Below, piece after piece: positions 1 to 8,649 of a DNA stretch of 64,000 bases. A program made the translations under genes and the position numbers. Numbering within the stretch: the stretch's first letter is position 1; each line of letters begins with the position of its first letter. The notes below the pieces were generated by a model, which had not been told where the DNA came from, did not search any database, and saw only the letters and a list, made by a program, of their open reading frames with translations. Source of the DNA: an uncultured delta proteobacterium (GTDB lineage: Bacteria; Desulfobacterota; Binatia; JACPRU01); NCBI GenBank assembly GCA_963711395.1, contig CAVQEA010000001.1, positions 25,213 to 89,212 of the forward strand. Reading direction: 5' to 3'.

Positions 1-491
1 GCGGAGACGATGTCGAAGGACTTCCGCCCGTAGCCGTTATCGCCGGTCTTGAGAAGCTTGCCGCGGGAGACCTCGTTCTCCGACAGGGTCTCGACGCTGT
101 CTTCCATGAGCGCGTACGGACGCATGTCGTCGTCGGCGCTGATCATCAATCCGCCGAGCGTGTACATGAGCGTGCAGTTTCGGTTGCCGCCGTAGCTCGG
201 ACCGAAGAGGTTTCGCACGAGGCTCTCGAGGCGCTTGTCGCGGAGCCGGAGATTCAAGTGGGCGAGAAACCGCTCCTTCTCCTTGGGCCCGACGTAGTAG
301 AGCTCGTTGTGCGTGCGGGTCCGCTCGAGCAGCGAGTAGTATTTCTCGTGCGTGGTCGGCGTCGAATCGTCCGAGACGATCATCCGGACGGAATGGCCGT
401 TCCTGCGAAAATGGTCGTCGTACTGCTCGACGGTTTCGGCGACGTCGCGGAGTCGATAAGTCGGAATGACGAAAAACAAGTCTTGGTGCAC
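1..491 (-). CDS. GT-A fold (GT2/RGP-like) glycosyltransferase-like protein, N-terminal part; runs off the window start
   Basis: Not in the ORF track; translated by hand from GTG at 491, which has a GAGAGGGGG RBS. Reads MHQDLFFVIPTYRLRDVAETVEQYDDHFRRNGHSVRMIVSDDST...SYGGNRNCTLMYTLGGLMISADDDMRPY. The VIPTYR, IVSDDS, xRN and DDD motifs are typical of GT-A folds. Confidence 0.7.
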   Translation of the reverse strand, partial: MHQDLFFVIPTYRLRDVAETVEQYDDHFRRNGHSVRMIVSDDSTPTTHEKYYSLLERTRTHNELYYVGPKEKERFLAHLNLRLRDKRLESLVRNLFGPSYGGNRNCTLMYTLGGLMISADDDMRPYALMEDSVETLSENEVSRGKLLKTGDNGYGRKSFDIVS

Positions 492-509
492 GAAGAGCCT
501 TCCCCCTCT

Positions 510-812
510 CTAGCGAACCTTCAGCGGGGGCCGCTGCCGCACGACGAGCGCCCGACAGGCGTCGTCACATTCCGGAAACTCGAGGATAAAGCGCCGTTGC
601 GCCTCGCAACGCCGCTCGAGGCCCCGTGGAACCGGGGGGTGACAGAGCGTCTCGAGCTCTTTCCACGTGCTTTGGTAAACCGTGCGGCGCGGCTCGGGTC
701 GCAGCTGCTTCAGGGCTCGGCTCTCGGCGCCGTGCTCCCACGAGATGAGCGCGCCCAGTACGAGGACGAGCAGTACTCCGATCAGGGCCAGAGCTGCGGG
801 GATCTCGATCAC
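510..812 (-). CDS. Small hypothetical membrane protein (one N-terminal TM helix, three Cys)
   Basis: Part of ORF 510..875. Likely start GTG at 812 behind AAGGA. Hydrophobic IPAALALIGVLLVLVLGALISW followed by LC...RC...FPECDDACRAL. Confidence 0.65.
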   Translation of the reverse strand: MIEIPAALALIGVLLVLVLGALISWEHGAESRALKQLRPEPRRTVYQSTWKELETLCHPPVPRGLERRCEAQRRFILEFPECDDACRALVVRQRPPLKVR

Positions 813-889
813 CGGACTTTCCTTCGATGCGTGCGTGAAGCCCTGCGCGGGCAACGCTTGCGGGAAACCCCTCATACGGTCGTTTCTGT

Positions 890-2122
890 CTAGAAGACGT
901 AGCTGGCGGCGATCGAGATGGTGTCCTGGTAGTCCCGAGTCGGGAAGGTGGTGGTGATCTCGCCGGTGGTCGGATCGGTGGTGACGATCGTGCCGTTCTT
1001 GGTGAACACGCTCTCGTCCGAGCCGTCATGTCGATACTCCAGCCAGACGGTGAGCTTGTCGGTGATGAAATACTTCCCGGTGGCTGTCACCTCCCAGAGT
1101 GTCTGGTCGGTACCCGTTCGGAAGCCGCCCTGGTCGCGGAACACCTCACCGCGGAAATAGGTGCCGATCGGAAGGCATATCAGATCCTTGAGCGTGACGC
1201 CGACGACACCGGAGAAGCCGTACCACTCCGCGGTTGCCCCCGGCTGGTTGACCGCCGCGTCGCCTTCACTGCCGTAGTCGCCGTTCAGTGAGATCGTCAC
1301 CGGATCGAAGGTGATCGTGGAGACCACGTCGGCGACTCCACGGGGGTGACTGCTCGTGTCGTTCTCCTCGGGGCCGAAGATGCCGTTGACGATCAGCGAG
1401 AAATGCGGGTTCGCCGTCCAGGCGACGTTGCCCATGAACGTCTTGCCGTTGTTGTTGTCGGCGACGTTGTCCCAGCCGTTGACCACCCCCAGGTTGACCT
1501 GCAGGGCATCCGTGATGGGGTAGTTGAACATGAGGCCGGTGTTGGTGAAGGGGATCGCGAAGCCGAACAGGAACGATCGGCTGTAGTTCATGTTGAGCGG
1601 CGCCTCGATGACCTCGGCGCCGAGCAGCGTGACGAACTTGCCGAACTTCGCCGATAAGCCGTGAGACCAATCGGGTGCGTAGTTGGCGTAGACTTCCTCG
1701 ATCTCGAAATCGCCTGAATCGCCGGTGACGCCGGTGAATTGACCGTTCCCCTTCCAGTCTGCGCCGATACGGCTCGCTGTGTTGCCGACGTCGAGCGTGA
1801 TTTTGGCCGACAGACCCCCGGGTCCCTTCTTGGCGATGCCGAGCTGGAACAGATCGACACCGAAGACGTTGTCCTGGTTGTCGAGCGAGCGAAGCGTGTT
1901 TTGGCGATTGTCGGGCTCGTTGAAGTTCCACAGGTACGACGTATAGAACATTCCACTGAGCTCAAAGCCCGACAGCGCGCCGAGCGACTTCTCGATATCG
2001 GTTACTCGCTCGTCGAGCGACTTGGGCGGGGGTATACTCTCGCCCTCGGCTTTCTCCGCTCGTACCGCAATGGCACCGCCCAGCAGCGCGGTGACCGCAA
2101 AGGTGGTGATAAGGAGTCGCAT
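890..2122 (-). CDS. Outer-membrane beta-barrel porin (OmpL-like/BBP2, DUF1597 type)
   Basis: Signal peptide MRLLITTFAVTALLGGAIAVRA, short coiled coil, motifs GKFVTLLGAEVIEAPLNMNYSRS and VVNGWDN, LEYRHD, and a C-terminal aromatic YVF. Confidence 0.8.
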   Translation of the reverse strand: MRLLITTFAVTALLGGAIAVRAEKAEGESIPPPKSLDERVTDIEKSLGALSGFELSGMFYTSYLWNFNEPDNRQNTLRSLDNQDNVFGVDLFQLGIAKKGPGGLSAKITLDVGNTASRIGADWKGNGQFTGVTGDSGDFEIEEVYANYAPDWSHGLSAKFGKFVTLLGAEVIEAPLNMNYSRSFLFGFAIPFTNTGLMFNYPITDALQVNLGVVNGWDNVADNNNGKTFMGNVAWTANPHFSLIVNGIFGPEENDTSSHPRGVADVVSTITFDPVTISLNGDYGSEGDAAVNQPGATAEWYGFSGVVGVTLKDLICLPIGTYFRGEVFRDQGGFRTGTDQTLWEVTATGKYFITDKLTVWLEYRHDGSDESVFTKNGTIVTTDPTTGEITTTFPTRDYQDTISIAASYVF

Positions 2123-2187
2123 GGAATGTCGCCTCTCCTGCCTGTGGGGTCGAACCGAGACCCATCTAGCCATCAGTCAGACTTGAG

Positions 2188-2202
2188 GCACATACCGTGC
2201 CA
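2188..2202 (-). promoter_or_regulatory. sigma54 -24/-12 promoter upstream of the porin gene
   Basis: Minus strand TGGCAC-GGTAT-GTGC, with GG and GC 10 bp apart, about 65 bp upstream of the porin ATG. Confidence 0.75.
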
Positions 2203-2264
2203 TAGAGATCCACAAGCGTTTTCCCTGCCTCTGCCGTCCTGCGCGGCCGCGCGTTTTTCCAAAA

Positions 2265-2281
2265 TGCAAGGACGCTTTGCA
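2265..2281. promoter_or_regulatory. Palindromic enhancer-like site TGCAA-N7-TTGCA
   Basis: TGCAAGGACGCTTTGCA, a 17-bp dyad resembling the NtrC-type TGCA...TGCA site, about 63 bp upstream of the -24 element. A near-identical copy lies at 5545. Confidence 0.6.
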
Positions 2282-2305
2282 GATCGCAGGTTCGGAGGGA
2301 GCGCC

Positions 2306-4552
2306 TCAGTTCGGAGCGCCGGCCGCGAAGAGCGCCGACAGGAAGTCTTCCGCCCATGTCAGCGCGGTCGTACGGGACACGGCGGCGAGCAGCTTTTCAT
2401 GCCGCATCCGTCGCTCGTCGAGCCCCATGCGCAGCGCGCGATCGAGGTCTCGCGCGAGGCCGTCCACGTGCCACGGGTTCGTCAGTAGGGCGTCGGTGAG
2501 CTCGACGGCGGCCCCCGCGAAACGCGAGAGCACCAGGACTCCCGGATCGTCCGGGTCCTGGGCCGCCACCCACTCCTTGGCGACCAGGTTCATGCCGTCG
2601 CGCAGCGGCGTGACGTAGCCGACGGCGGAAGCGCGGTAGAGCTGCGAGAGCTGGTTGCGCCCGTATGACCGATAGAGGTAGCGAATCGGCACCCAGTCGC
2701 CCTCGCCGAACTCGCCGTTCGTGCGCCCGACGATGGTCTCGACGCGCTGGCGCTGCTCTGCGTAGGCCGGCACGTCGCTACGCGAAGGCACCGAGATCTG
2801 CACGAGCGAAACCTTTCGGCGCCACTCCGGGTAGAGCTCCAGGAGACGCGCGAATCCTTCGAGACGCTCTGGAATTCCCTTCGTGTAGTCGAGGCGATCT
2901 ACACCGAGGACGAGCCGACTCGGCGCGATCGAGCGCATCAAGCTCGCCACCTCTTCCGCCGTCGAGGGCGCTGCAGGCTCCTGGAAGCCCTCCGGGATGA
3001 TCCCGATCGGGAAGGCGCCGATGCGCGTGCGCCGGCCGCGGTACTCGATCGCGTCGTCACCCACTAACGTACCCGGGAGCGCCGCAATGCAGCGGCGGAA
3101 GTTCTCCACGTGACCCGGCGTGTGGAAGCCGACCAGGTCGAGCGCGAGCAGTGCTCCGAGTACCTCCTCCGCCCACGGCAGGATGAAGAAGACGTCTGGG
3201 GACGGGAAACGGCACGTGTAGAAAGAGCCCGATCGGCCCCCTGTGCCCGCGCTCGCGCAGTCGCTGGCCGAGCAGGAAGAGATGATAGTCGTGGACCCAC
3301 ACCGCGTCCTCGGGACCGACCAGACGAGCAGCCACGCTCGCAAAGACCTCGTTGGCGTCGCGGTATGCCTGCCAATCCTGGTCCGACAGCTGTACGCGGT
3401 TCGGGAAGGAATGCAGTAGCGGCCACAGAGCGCCGTTGCAGAGCCCGTTGTAGTAATGACCGTGGCACTCGTCGGTGAAGTCGATCCATGCCCGCGCCGG
3501 CTCGGCGGAGTCGTCGAGACCGAAGGACGTCGCATCGACGTCCGGCCGTGTGCGGCCACTCCACCCGAGCCAAACGCCTCGGCGGAGCCCAGAGCGCCGG
3601 CTCGAGCGCGGATACCAAGCCGCCGACGTTGCGCTTGCGCGCGTCGAACGAATCCGCCGCGGAGCGCAGCTCGGGCAAGCGGTTGGAGACGACCAGCAGA
3701 CGGTAGGCATAGGGCGAGCCGAGATCGATCCGGGGAATCTCGATACGCCGTGGTGGCGCGAACGGCTCGGTGTCGGTCGCGCTGCGGCGAACGGCCAGCA
3801 TCCAGCGCAGGAGTCTCTCCGTTTCCTCGGGCGCGTCGAGTCGCCAGCGCGCAGCGGTCGCACGACCGGCTTCGTTGCTGACTAGCACCGACTCGTCCTC
3901 GGCGGCGAGGCTGCGGAACATGTCCTCGTCGGTGACGTCGTCGCCCAGTGCCAGAAGGCGCGCGCCCGCGCCTGCGCGCTCGCGAAGCCATGCGATGGCG
4001 CTCCCTTTTCGCAAGCGCGCCGGCCGCACTTCCAGACACCTCCGACGCGCGCACGTCGACGAAGCGCGAGTGGCCCGTGAGCCAGGCGGCGACGCGATTC
4101 TCGACCTCGACCACGGCGCCCTCGCGGCGCTCGGGCGCGATGGCGCGGAAGTGGAACGCGACCGACCACGTCTTGCGTTCGACGCGGGCGCCGGGATGGC
4201 GAGTGGCCAGGGCGCGCAGCTCCTCCGCCAGATCTTCCACCTCATCCTGCGAGGCCTCGGCCCACGGTTGCCAGGCACCCGCGTCGCGGCGCCATCCGCC
4301 GTGCTCCGCGACGAGCAGCACATCGGCGGCGCCCGCGAAAAACCCCTCGAGCACTTCCCGAGGGCGGCCGCTCATCACGGCCACCGTCATGCCCGGCGAG
4401 GCCGCGAGATCCGCGATCAGTGCGACGAGCTCGGGGCCGGGTCGCGCGCTCTCCGGCGTCGACGTGAACGGGATCAGTGTGCCGTCCAGGTCGACGAGGA
4501 TGGCGAGCGGCGTCCAGCGCGCGAGCGCCAGCCAGTGATCGTACTCGGACAC
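2306..4552 (-). CDS. otsB-otsA: Trehalose-6-phosphate phosphatase (HAD)-trehalose-6-phosphate synthase fusion; several frameshifts
   Basis: N-terminal HAD motifs DLDGTL, AEHG, KG and [13 protein letters not shown] motifs [47 protein letters not shown] and [12 protein letters not shown], spread over three reading frames. Confidence 0.85.
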   Translation of the reverse strand: MSEYDHWLALARWTPLAILVDLDGTLIPFTSTPESARPGPELVALIADLAASPGMTVAVMSGRPREVLEGFFAGAADVLLVAEHGGWRRDAGAWQPWAEASQDEVEDLAEELRALATRHPGARVERKTWSVAFHFRAIAPERREGAVVEVENRVAAWLTGHSRFVDVRASEVSGSAAGALAKRERHRMASRARRRGRAPSGTGRRRHRRGHVPQPRRRGRVGASQQRSRSCDRCALATRRARGNGETPALDAGRSPQRDRHRAVRATTAYRDSPDRSRLALCLPSAGRLQPLARAALRGGFVRRAQAQRRRLGIRARAGALGSAEAFGSGGVAAHGRTSMRRPSVSTTPPSRRGHGSTSPTSATVITTTGSATALCGRYCIPSRTAYSCRTRIGRHTATPTRSLRAWLLVWSVPRTRCGSTTIISSCSASDCASAGTGGRSGSFYTCRFPSPDVFFILPWAEEVLGALLALDLVGFHTPGHVENFRRCIAALPGTLVGDDAIEYRGRRTRIGAFPIGIIPEGFQEPAAPSTAEEVASLMRSIAPSRLVLGVDRLDYTKGIPERLEGFARLLELYPEWRRKVSLVQISVPSRSDVPAYAEQRQRVETIVGRTNGEFGEGDWVPIRYLYRSYGRNQLSQLYRASAVGYVTPLRDGMNLVAKEWVAAQDPDDPGVLVLSRFAGAAVELTDALLTNPWHVDGLARDLDRALRMGLDERRMRHEKLLAAVSRTTALTWAEDFLSALFAAGAPN

Positions 4553-4570
4553 CTCGGGGAAGCGTACCGC

Positions 4571-5028
4571 CTATCCGCAGATGCGGGAAGGAACGGAATA
4601 CCGCGTCAGTTGGCGCTCTCCGCCGGCTTGAAGGTCAGCACAGCCCCGTTCCGGGGGATCGACTTCTTCGGCACGGCGGCGCGCGTGACCGCGAAGCTCA
4701 AGATCTCGCTGAGTCGCCCAACTGCCGACGACCTGGTCGACGGGCAACAGCGCGATGAGGGCGTCAGCGCGCTGCCCGATGCCGGCGCTCAACTCTACGA
4801 TCCGGGCTGCACGCTCTGCGAGTTGATCGTCGAGCACGACTTCGATCTTCATCCTCGGGGAAGTCGGGGACGTATTCGGCCCCGCGATAGAGCTGCCGTG
4901 CGCCCTTCTCCTGGACCGCAGCGTTTCACTTCGGAAACGGTTATCTCCTCGAGCCCCAGCGTGACGAGGGCGTCCTTCACCGCTCCCAGTGTTCCGGGTC
5001 GAATGATTGCCTCGAGCTTCTTCATCAT
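4571..5028 (-). CDS. P-II-like (GlnB fold) protein, copy 2; two apparent indels, 3' end uncertain
   Basis: MMKKLEAIIRPGTLGAVKDALVTLGLEEITVSEVKR, then in shifted frames QLYRGAEYVPDF and RMKIEVVLDDQ. RBS GGAGGA. Confidence 0.7.
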
Positions 5029-5435
5029 CGTCCTCCTTCGACGGTGGTGTCGCCGCCGTCGGTGACCGCACCGTCGGACAAGTCTTTCCGTGCGAGCTTG
5101 GCGCGCCGCAGCCAGAGCTGCTCGACGAGGCCCGCATACAGCGCGGCAGCGAACAGTAACCACCAACCGCCCAACAGGATGGAGCTCGGAAGAGCCGGCA
5201 GAATGCCCGGCCACATGGCCAGAGCCCACACCATAGCGCTGATCGGCGCGAGTATGACCAGTAGATCGTGGCGAGTGTGTTGCGCGCGCTCGAATGCACA
5301 CTGCGCAACCAGGAAGGCGCGCAGCGCCCGCTGCGGGGCGTGATCGCTACACGGCAGGCTCGCGCCGGCCGATTGGCGGACCAGGCCGGAGTCGCGTGCC
5401 GGCGCCGCATAGACGCGACGAGGTAGATTCAGCAT
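5025..5435 (-). CDS. Hypothetical membrane protein (two TM helices)
   Basis: ORF 5025..5453, likely start MLNLP at 5435. Two hydrophobic segments. The stop overlaps the P-II copy 2 start codons. Confidence 0.6.
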   Translation of the reverse strand: MLNLPRRVYAAPARDSGLVRQSAGASLPCSDHAPQRALRAFLVAQCAFERAQHTRHDLLVILAPISAMVWALAMWPGILPALPSSILLGGWWLLFAAALYAGLVEQLWLRRAKLARKDLSDGAVTDGGDTTVEGGR

Positions 5436-5466
5436 GTGCCCGACGCCACCCATCGCGAGGACGGCA

Positions 5467-5481
5467 GCACGTACCGTGCCA
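5467..5481 (-). promoter_or_regulatory. sigma54 -24/-12 promoter
   Basis: Minus strand TGGCAC-GGTAC-GTGC. Confidence 0.75.
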
Positions 5482-5544
5482 CGGAAGATCCGCGAGCGTT
5501 TCTCTACGACGTGTCAGCCTGCGTGCTCGCGCGTTCCGCCAGAA

Positions 5545-5561
5545 TGCAAGTACGCTTTGCA
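5545..5561. promoter_or_regulatory. Palindromic enhancer-like site TGCAA-N7-TTGCA
   Basis: TGCAAGTACGCTTTGCA; 16/17 identical to the 2265 site and about 64 bp from the -24 element. Confidence 0.6.
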
Positions 5562-5610
5562 GATCGAAGCACAGGTCTCGAAGCGAAAAGGCGAATCGGA
5601 GCACCGCGCT

Positions 5611-5913
5611 TCACAGATGCTCGGCGGCGGCGAGAACGAACATCATCCAACCGTCGGCGCATCCCGTCTTGGCCGCGCGCTGAATGGTCGAGATCACCGA
5701 CGGGACGAGCTCGTCGTTCACGACGAGCTCGAGCTTCACTCTCGGCAGGAATGCGAGTGCATGGGTCTCACCGCCAGGAGATTCGGCACGCGCCGCCTCA
5801 CGTGCAAAGCGCTTGACCTCGCTCACGGCGGCCTCGCGCACGCACATTGCTCCGAGGGCGCGCTTCACTTCCTCGAGCCTGGACGGCTTGATGATCGCCT
5901 CGATTCGTCTCAC
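5611..5913 (-). CDS. P-II-like (GlnB fold) protein, copy 1; degenerate T-loop and B-loop
   Basis: [21 protein letters not shown]...VSEVKRF...[30 protein letters not shown] aligns with GlnB by eye. The start overlaps the kdpC stop (GTGA). Confidence 0.75.
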   Translation of the reverse strand: MRRIEAIIKPSRLEEVKRALGAMCVREAAVSEVKRFAREAARAESPGGETHALAFLPRVKLELVVNDELVPSVISTIQRAAKTGCADGWMMFVLAAAEHL

Positions 5914-6569
5914 GGACGCGCGATCGGTCTAGTTGCTGGAAGCATTGCTCGCCGGCGGCGCCGAGTGGATCTCGGAGAGGCCGGGGCGGTATTTGGACTC
6001 GCCTCGTCGAGCGCCAGGTTCAGCTCGAGAACGTTGACCCGTGGGTCACCGAGGATTCCGTATTGGCGGCCTTCGACGTGGGCTCGCAGCAGCTCTCGCA
6101 CCTTGTCTTCGGGGAGTTTGCGGGCCTTGGCCACGCGCGCGACCTGGAGCTCGGCCGCCGCCGGGCTGATGTGTGGATCGAGCCCGCTTCCCGAGGTGGT
6201 CACTAGATCCGCGGGGATCTTGGCACCGGGATTCTCGCTGGCCAGCTGCTGCACGGCGTCGCCGACGCGCTTCTGGAGGCCGGCATCATTCGGACCGAGG
6301 TTCGAGCCGCTCGAGGCGCCGGCGTCGTAGCCGTTCGTGCCGGCGGCCGAAGGGCGGGGGTGGAAGTAACCGTCGCCCGCGAAGTTCTGGCCGATCAGCT
6401 CCGATCCGATCACCTGATCGCCGTGGACGATCAGGCTGCCGTTCGCCTGGTGGGGAAAGAGGAGCTGGGCGAGACCCGTCATCGCCAGCGGGTAGAGGAT
6501 GCCGGTGATCACGGTGAGGATCAGAGTCATGAGGATCGCGGGACGGAGCTCGGAAAGCATGTGGGTCAC
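5910..6569 (-). CDS. kdpC: K+-transporting ATPase subunit C
   Basis: [63 protein letters not shown]. Confidence 0.95.
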   Translation of the reverse strand: MTHMLSELRPAILMTLILTVITGILYPLAMTGLAQLLFPHQANGSLIVHGDQVIGSELIGQNFAGDGYFHPRPSAAGTNGYDAGASSGSNLGPNDAGLQKRVGDAVQQLASENPGAKIPADLVTTSGSGLDPHISPAAAELQVARVAKARKLPEDKVRELLRAHVEGRQYGILGDPRVNVLELNLALDEASPNTAPASPRSTRRRRRAMLPATRPIARP

Positions 6570-6581
6570 CTCTGCAGGCGC

Positions 6582-8636
6582 TCAAGCCAAATGGAGCGCG
6601 GAGACGATGAGATCGATCGCCTTGATGCCGATGAACGGCACGATGATGCCGCCGACGCCGTAGACGAGCAGGTTCCGCCGCAAGATCGCGGCTGCGCCCA
6701 GCGGACGGAACTTCACGCCGCGCAGCGCGAGCGGGATCAGCGCGATGATGATGAGCGCGTTGAAGATGATCGCCGAGAGGATCGCGCTTCGCGGCGTCGC
6801 GAGGCCCATGATGTTGAGCGCGTTCAGCTCGGGATAGGTGGCGGCGAACATCGCCGGGATGATCGCGAAGTACTTGGCCACGTCGTTGGCGATCGAGAAC
6901 GTGGTGAGCGAGCCGCGCGTGATCAGCAGCTGCTTGCCGATCTCGACGATCTCGATGAGCTTGGTCGGGTTGGAGTCGAGGTCGACCATGTTGCCGGCCT
7001 CTTTGGCGGCGGAGGTGCCGGTGTTCATCGCCACGCCGACGTCGGCCTGGGCGAGCGCGGGCGCGTCGTTGGTGCCGTCGCCGCACATCGCCACCAGCTT
7101 GCCCTTCGCCTGCTCCTCGCGGATCAATGCCAGCTTGTTCTCGGGCGTGGCCTGGGCGAGGAAGTCGTCGACCCCTGACTCGGCAGCGATCGCCGCGGCG
7201 GTGAGCGGGTTGTCGCCGGTGATCATCACCGTGCGGATACCCATCGTCCGGAGCTCTGCGAAGCGCTCCTTGATTCCCCCTTTGACGACGTCCTTGAGGT
7301 GAATGATGCCGAGCAGCTTCTGGTCCTTGGCGACCGCGAGCGGCGTGCCACCCGAGCGGGCGATCCGCTCGGCGATCGTCTTGAGCTCCGGCGGAGGCTG
7401 GAAGGTCCGGCCGTTCTTGCTCTTGGCGAACTCGATGATCGCGTCGACGGCACCCTTGCGGACCTCGGCGCCGTTGAGATTGACGCCGCTCATGCGGCTC
7501 TGCGCCGTGAACGGCACGAAGTGGCCGCCGAGCTCGCGGACGTCGCGTCCACGCAGGCCGTAGCGCTCTTTGGCGAGCACGACGATCGAGCGGCCTTCCG
7601 GCGTCTCGTCCGAGAGCGAAGCGAGCTGCGCGGCGTCGGCGAGATCCTCGTCCTTGACGCCCGGGAGCGGCAGGAGCTCGCTCGCCATGCGGTTGCCGAG
7701 CGTGATCGTGCCGGTCTTGTCGAGGAGCAGCGTGTCCACGTCGCCAGCGGCCTCGACCGCGCGGCCCGACATGGCGAGCACGTTGTACTTCACCAGCCGG
7801 TCCATGCCGGCGATGCCGATGGCCGAAAGCAGACCGCCGATCGTGGTGGGAATCAGCGTGACGAAGAGGGCGATCAGGATCGCGACCGAGATCGCCGACC
7901 CGGCGTAAAGGCCGAACATCTCGATCGACACCGTGACGAACACGAAGATGATCGTCATGCCGACGAGCAGGATCGACAGCGCGATCTCGTTCGGGGTCTT
8001 CTGGCGCTTGGCGCCCTCGACGAGCGCGATCATGCGGTCGAGGAACGTCTCACCCGGATTCGAGGTGATCTTCACCTTGATCCAGTCGGAGAGCACGCGC
8101 GTGCCGCCGGTGACGGCGGAACGGTCGCCGCCGCTTTCCCGGATCACCGGGGCGGATTCGCCCGTGATCGCCGATTCGTCGACCGAGGCGATGCCTTCGA
8201 TCACGTCGCCGTCGCCAGGGATGACCTCGCCCGCTACGACCAGCACGATGTCGTCGCGGCGGAGCTGCGTGGCGGGAACACGTTCGCCGTGCTCGTCGTC
8301 GACCTTGCGCAGGCGCATCGCGACCGTCTCGGTCCGCGTCTTTCGCAGCGTGTCTGCCTGCGCCTTGCCGCGCCCCTCGGCGACCGCCTCGGCGAAGTTG
8401 GCGAACAGCACCGTGAACCACAGCCAGGCGCTGAGCTGGCCGGTGAAGGCCGCGTCGCCCATCGCTCCGCTGAACAGGTCTCGGACGAAGATGACCGTGG
8501 TCGCGGCGGAGACGATCTCGACCACGAACATGACGGGGTTGCGCATCAGTGTCCGCGGATCGAGCTTGTAGAACGAGTCGAGAATCGCTGGACGAAGCAG
8601 CGCTGGATCGAAGATCGAGGACTTGGCTCTGGACAT
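6582..8636 (-). CDS. kdpB: K+-transporting P-type ATPase subunit B
   Basis: [44 protein letters not shown]; intact 684 aa. Confidence 0.98.
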   Translation of the reverse strand: MSRAKSSIFDPALLRPAILDSFYKLDPRTLMRNPVMFVVEIVSAATTVIFVRDLFSGAMGDAAFTGQLSAWLWFTVLFANFAEAVAEGRGKAQADTLRKTRTETVAMRLRKVDDEHGERVPATQLRRDDIVLVVAGEVIPGDGDVIEGIASVDESAITGESAPVIRESGGDRSAVTGGTRVLSDWIKVKITSNPGETFLDRMIALVEGAKRQKTPNEIALSILLVGMTIIFVFVTVSIEMFGLYAGSAISVAILIALFVTLIPTTIGGLLSAIGIAGMDRLVKYNVLAMSGRAVEAAGDVDTLLLDKTGTITLGNRMASELLPLPGVKDEDLADAAQLASLSDETPEGRSIVVLAKERYGLRGRDVRELGGHFVPFTAQSRMSGVNLNGAEVRKGAVDAIIEFAKSKNGRTFQPPPELKTIAERIARSGGTPLAVAKDQKLLGIIHLKDVVKGGIKERFAELRTMGIRTVMITGDNPLTAAAIAAESGVDDFLAQATPENKLALIREEQAKGKLVAMCGDGTNDAPALAQADVGVAMNTGTSAAKEAGNMVDLDSNPTKLIEIVEIGKQLLITRGSLTTFSIANDVAKYFAIIPAMFAATYPELNALNIMGLATPRSAILSAIIFNALIIIALIPLALRGVKFRPLGAAAILRRNLLVYGVGGIIVPFIGIKAIDLIVSALHLA

Positions 8637-8649
8637 GGACGTAGGACCT

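Noticed and set aside
258-893. Long plus-strand ORFs antisense to real genes (for example 258..893, 6360..7178, 7299..8675, 30530..31888, 45276..46616, 50503..52065)
   Set aside because: Shadow ORFs typical of high-GC coding DNA; no motifs, and fully overlapped by well-supported opposite-strand genes.
4860-4910. Double frameshift in P-II copy 2 as programmed frameshifting
   Set aside because: No slippery heptamer or stimulatory structure was recognised, and it lies in an indel-rich zone.
5910-5990. Arg-rich C-terminal extension of KdpC as a functional tail
   Set aside because: A single indel would give an earlier TAG near 5930, so the tail cannot be judged real without reads.
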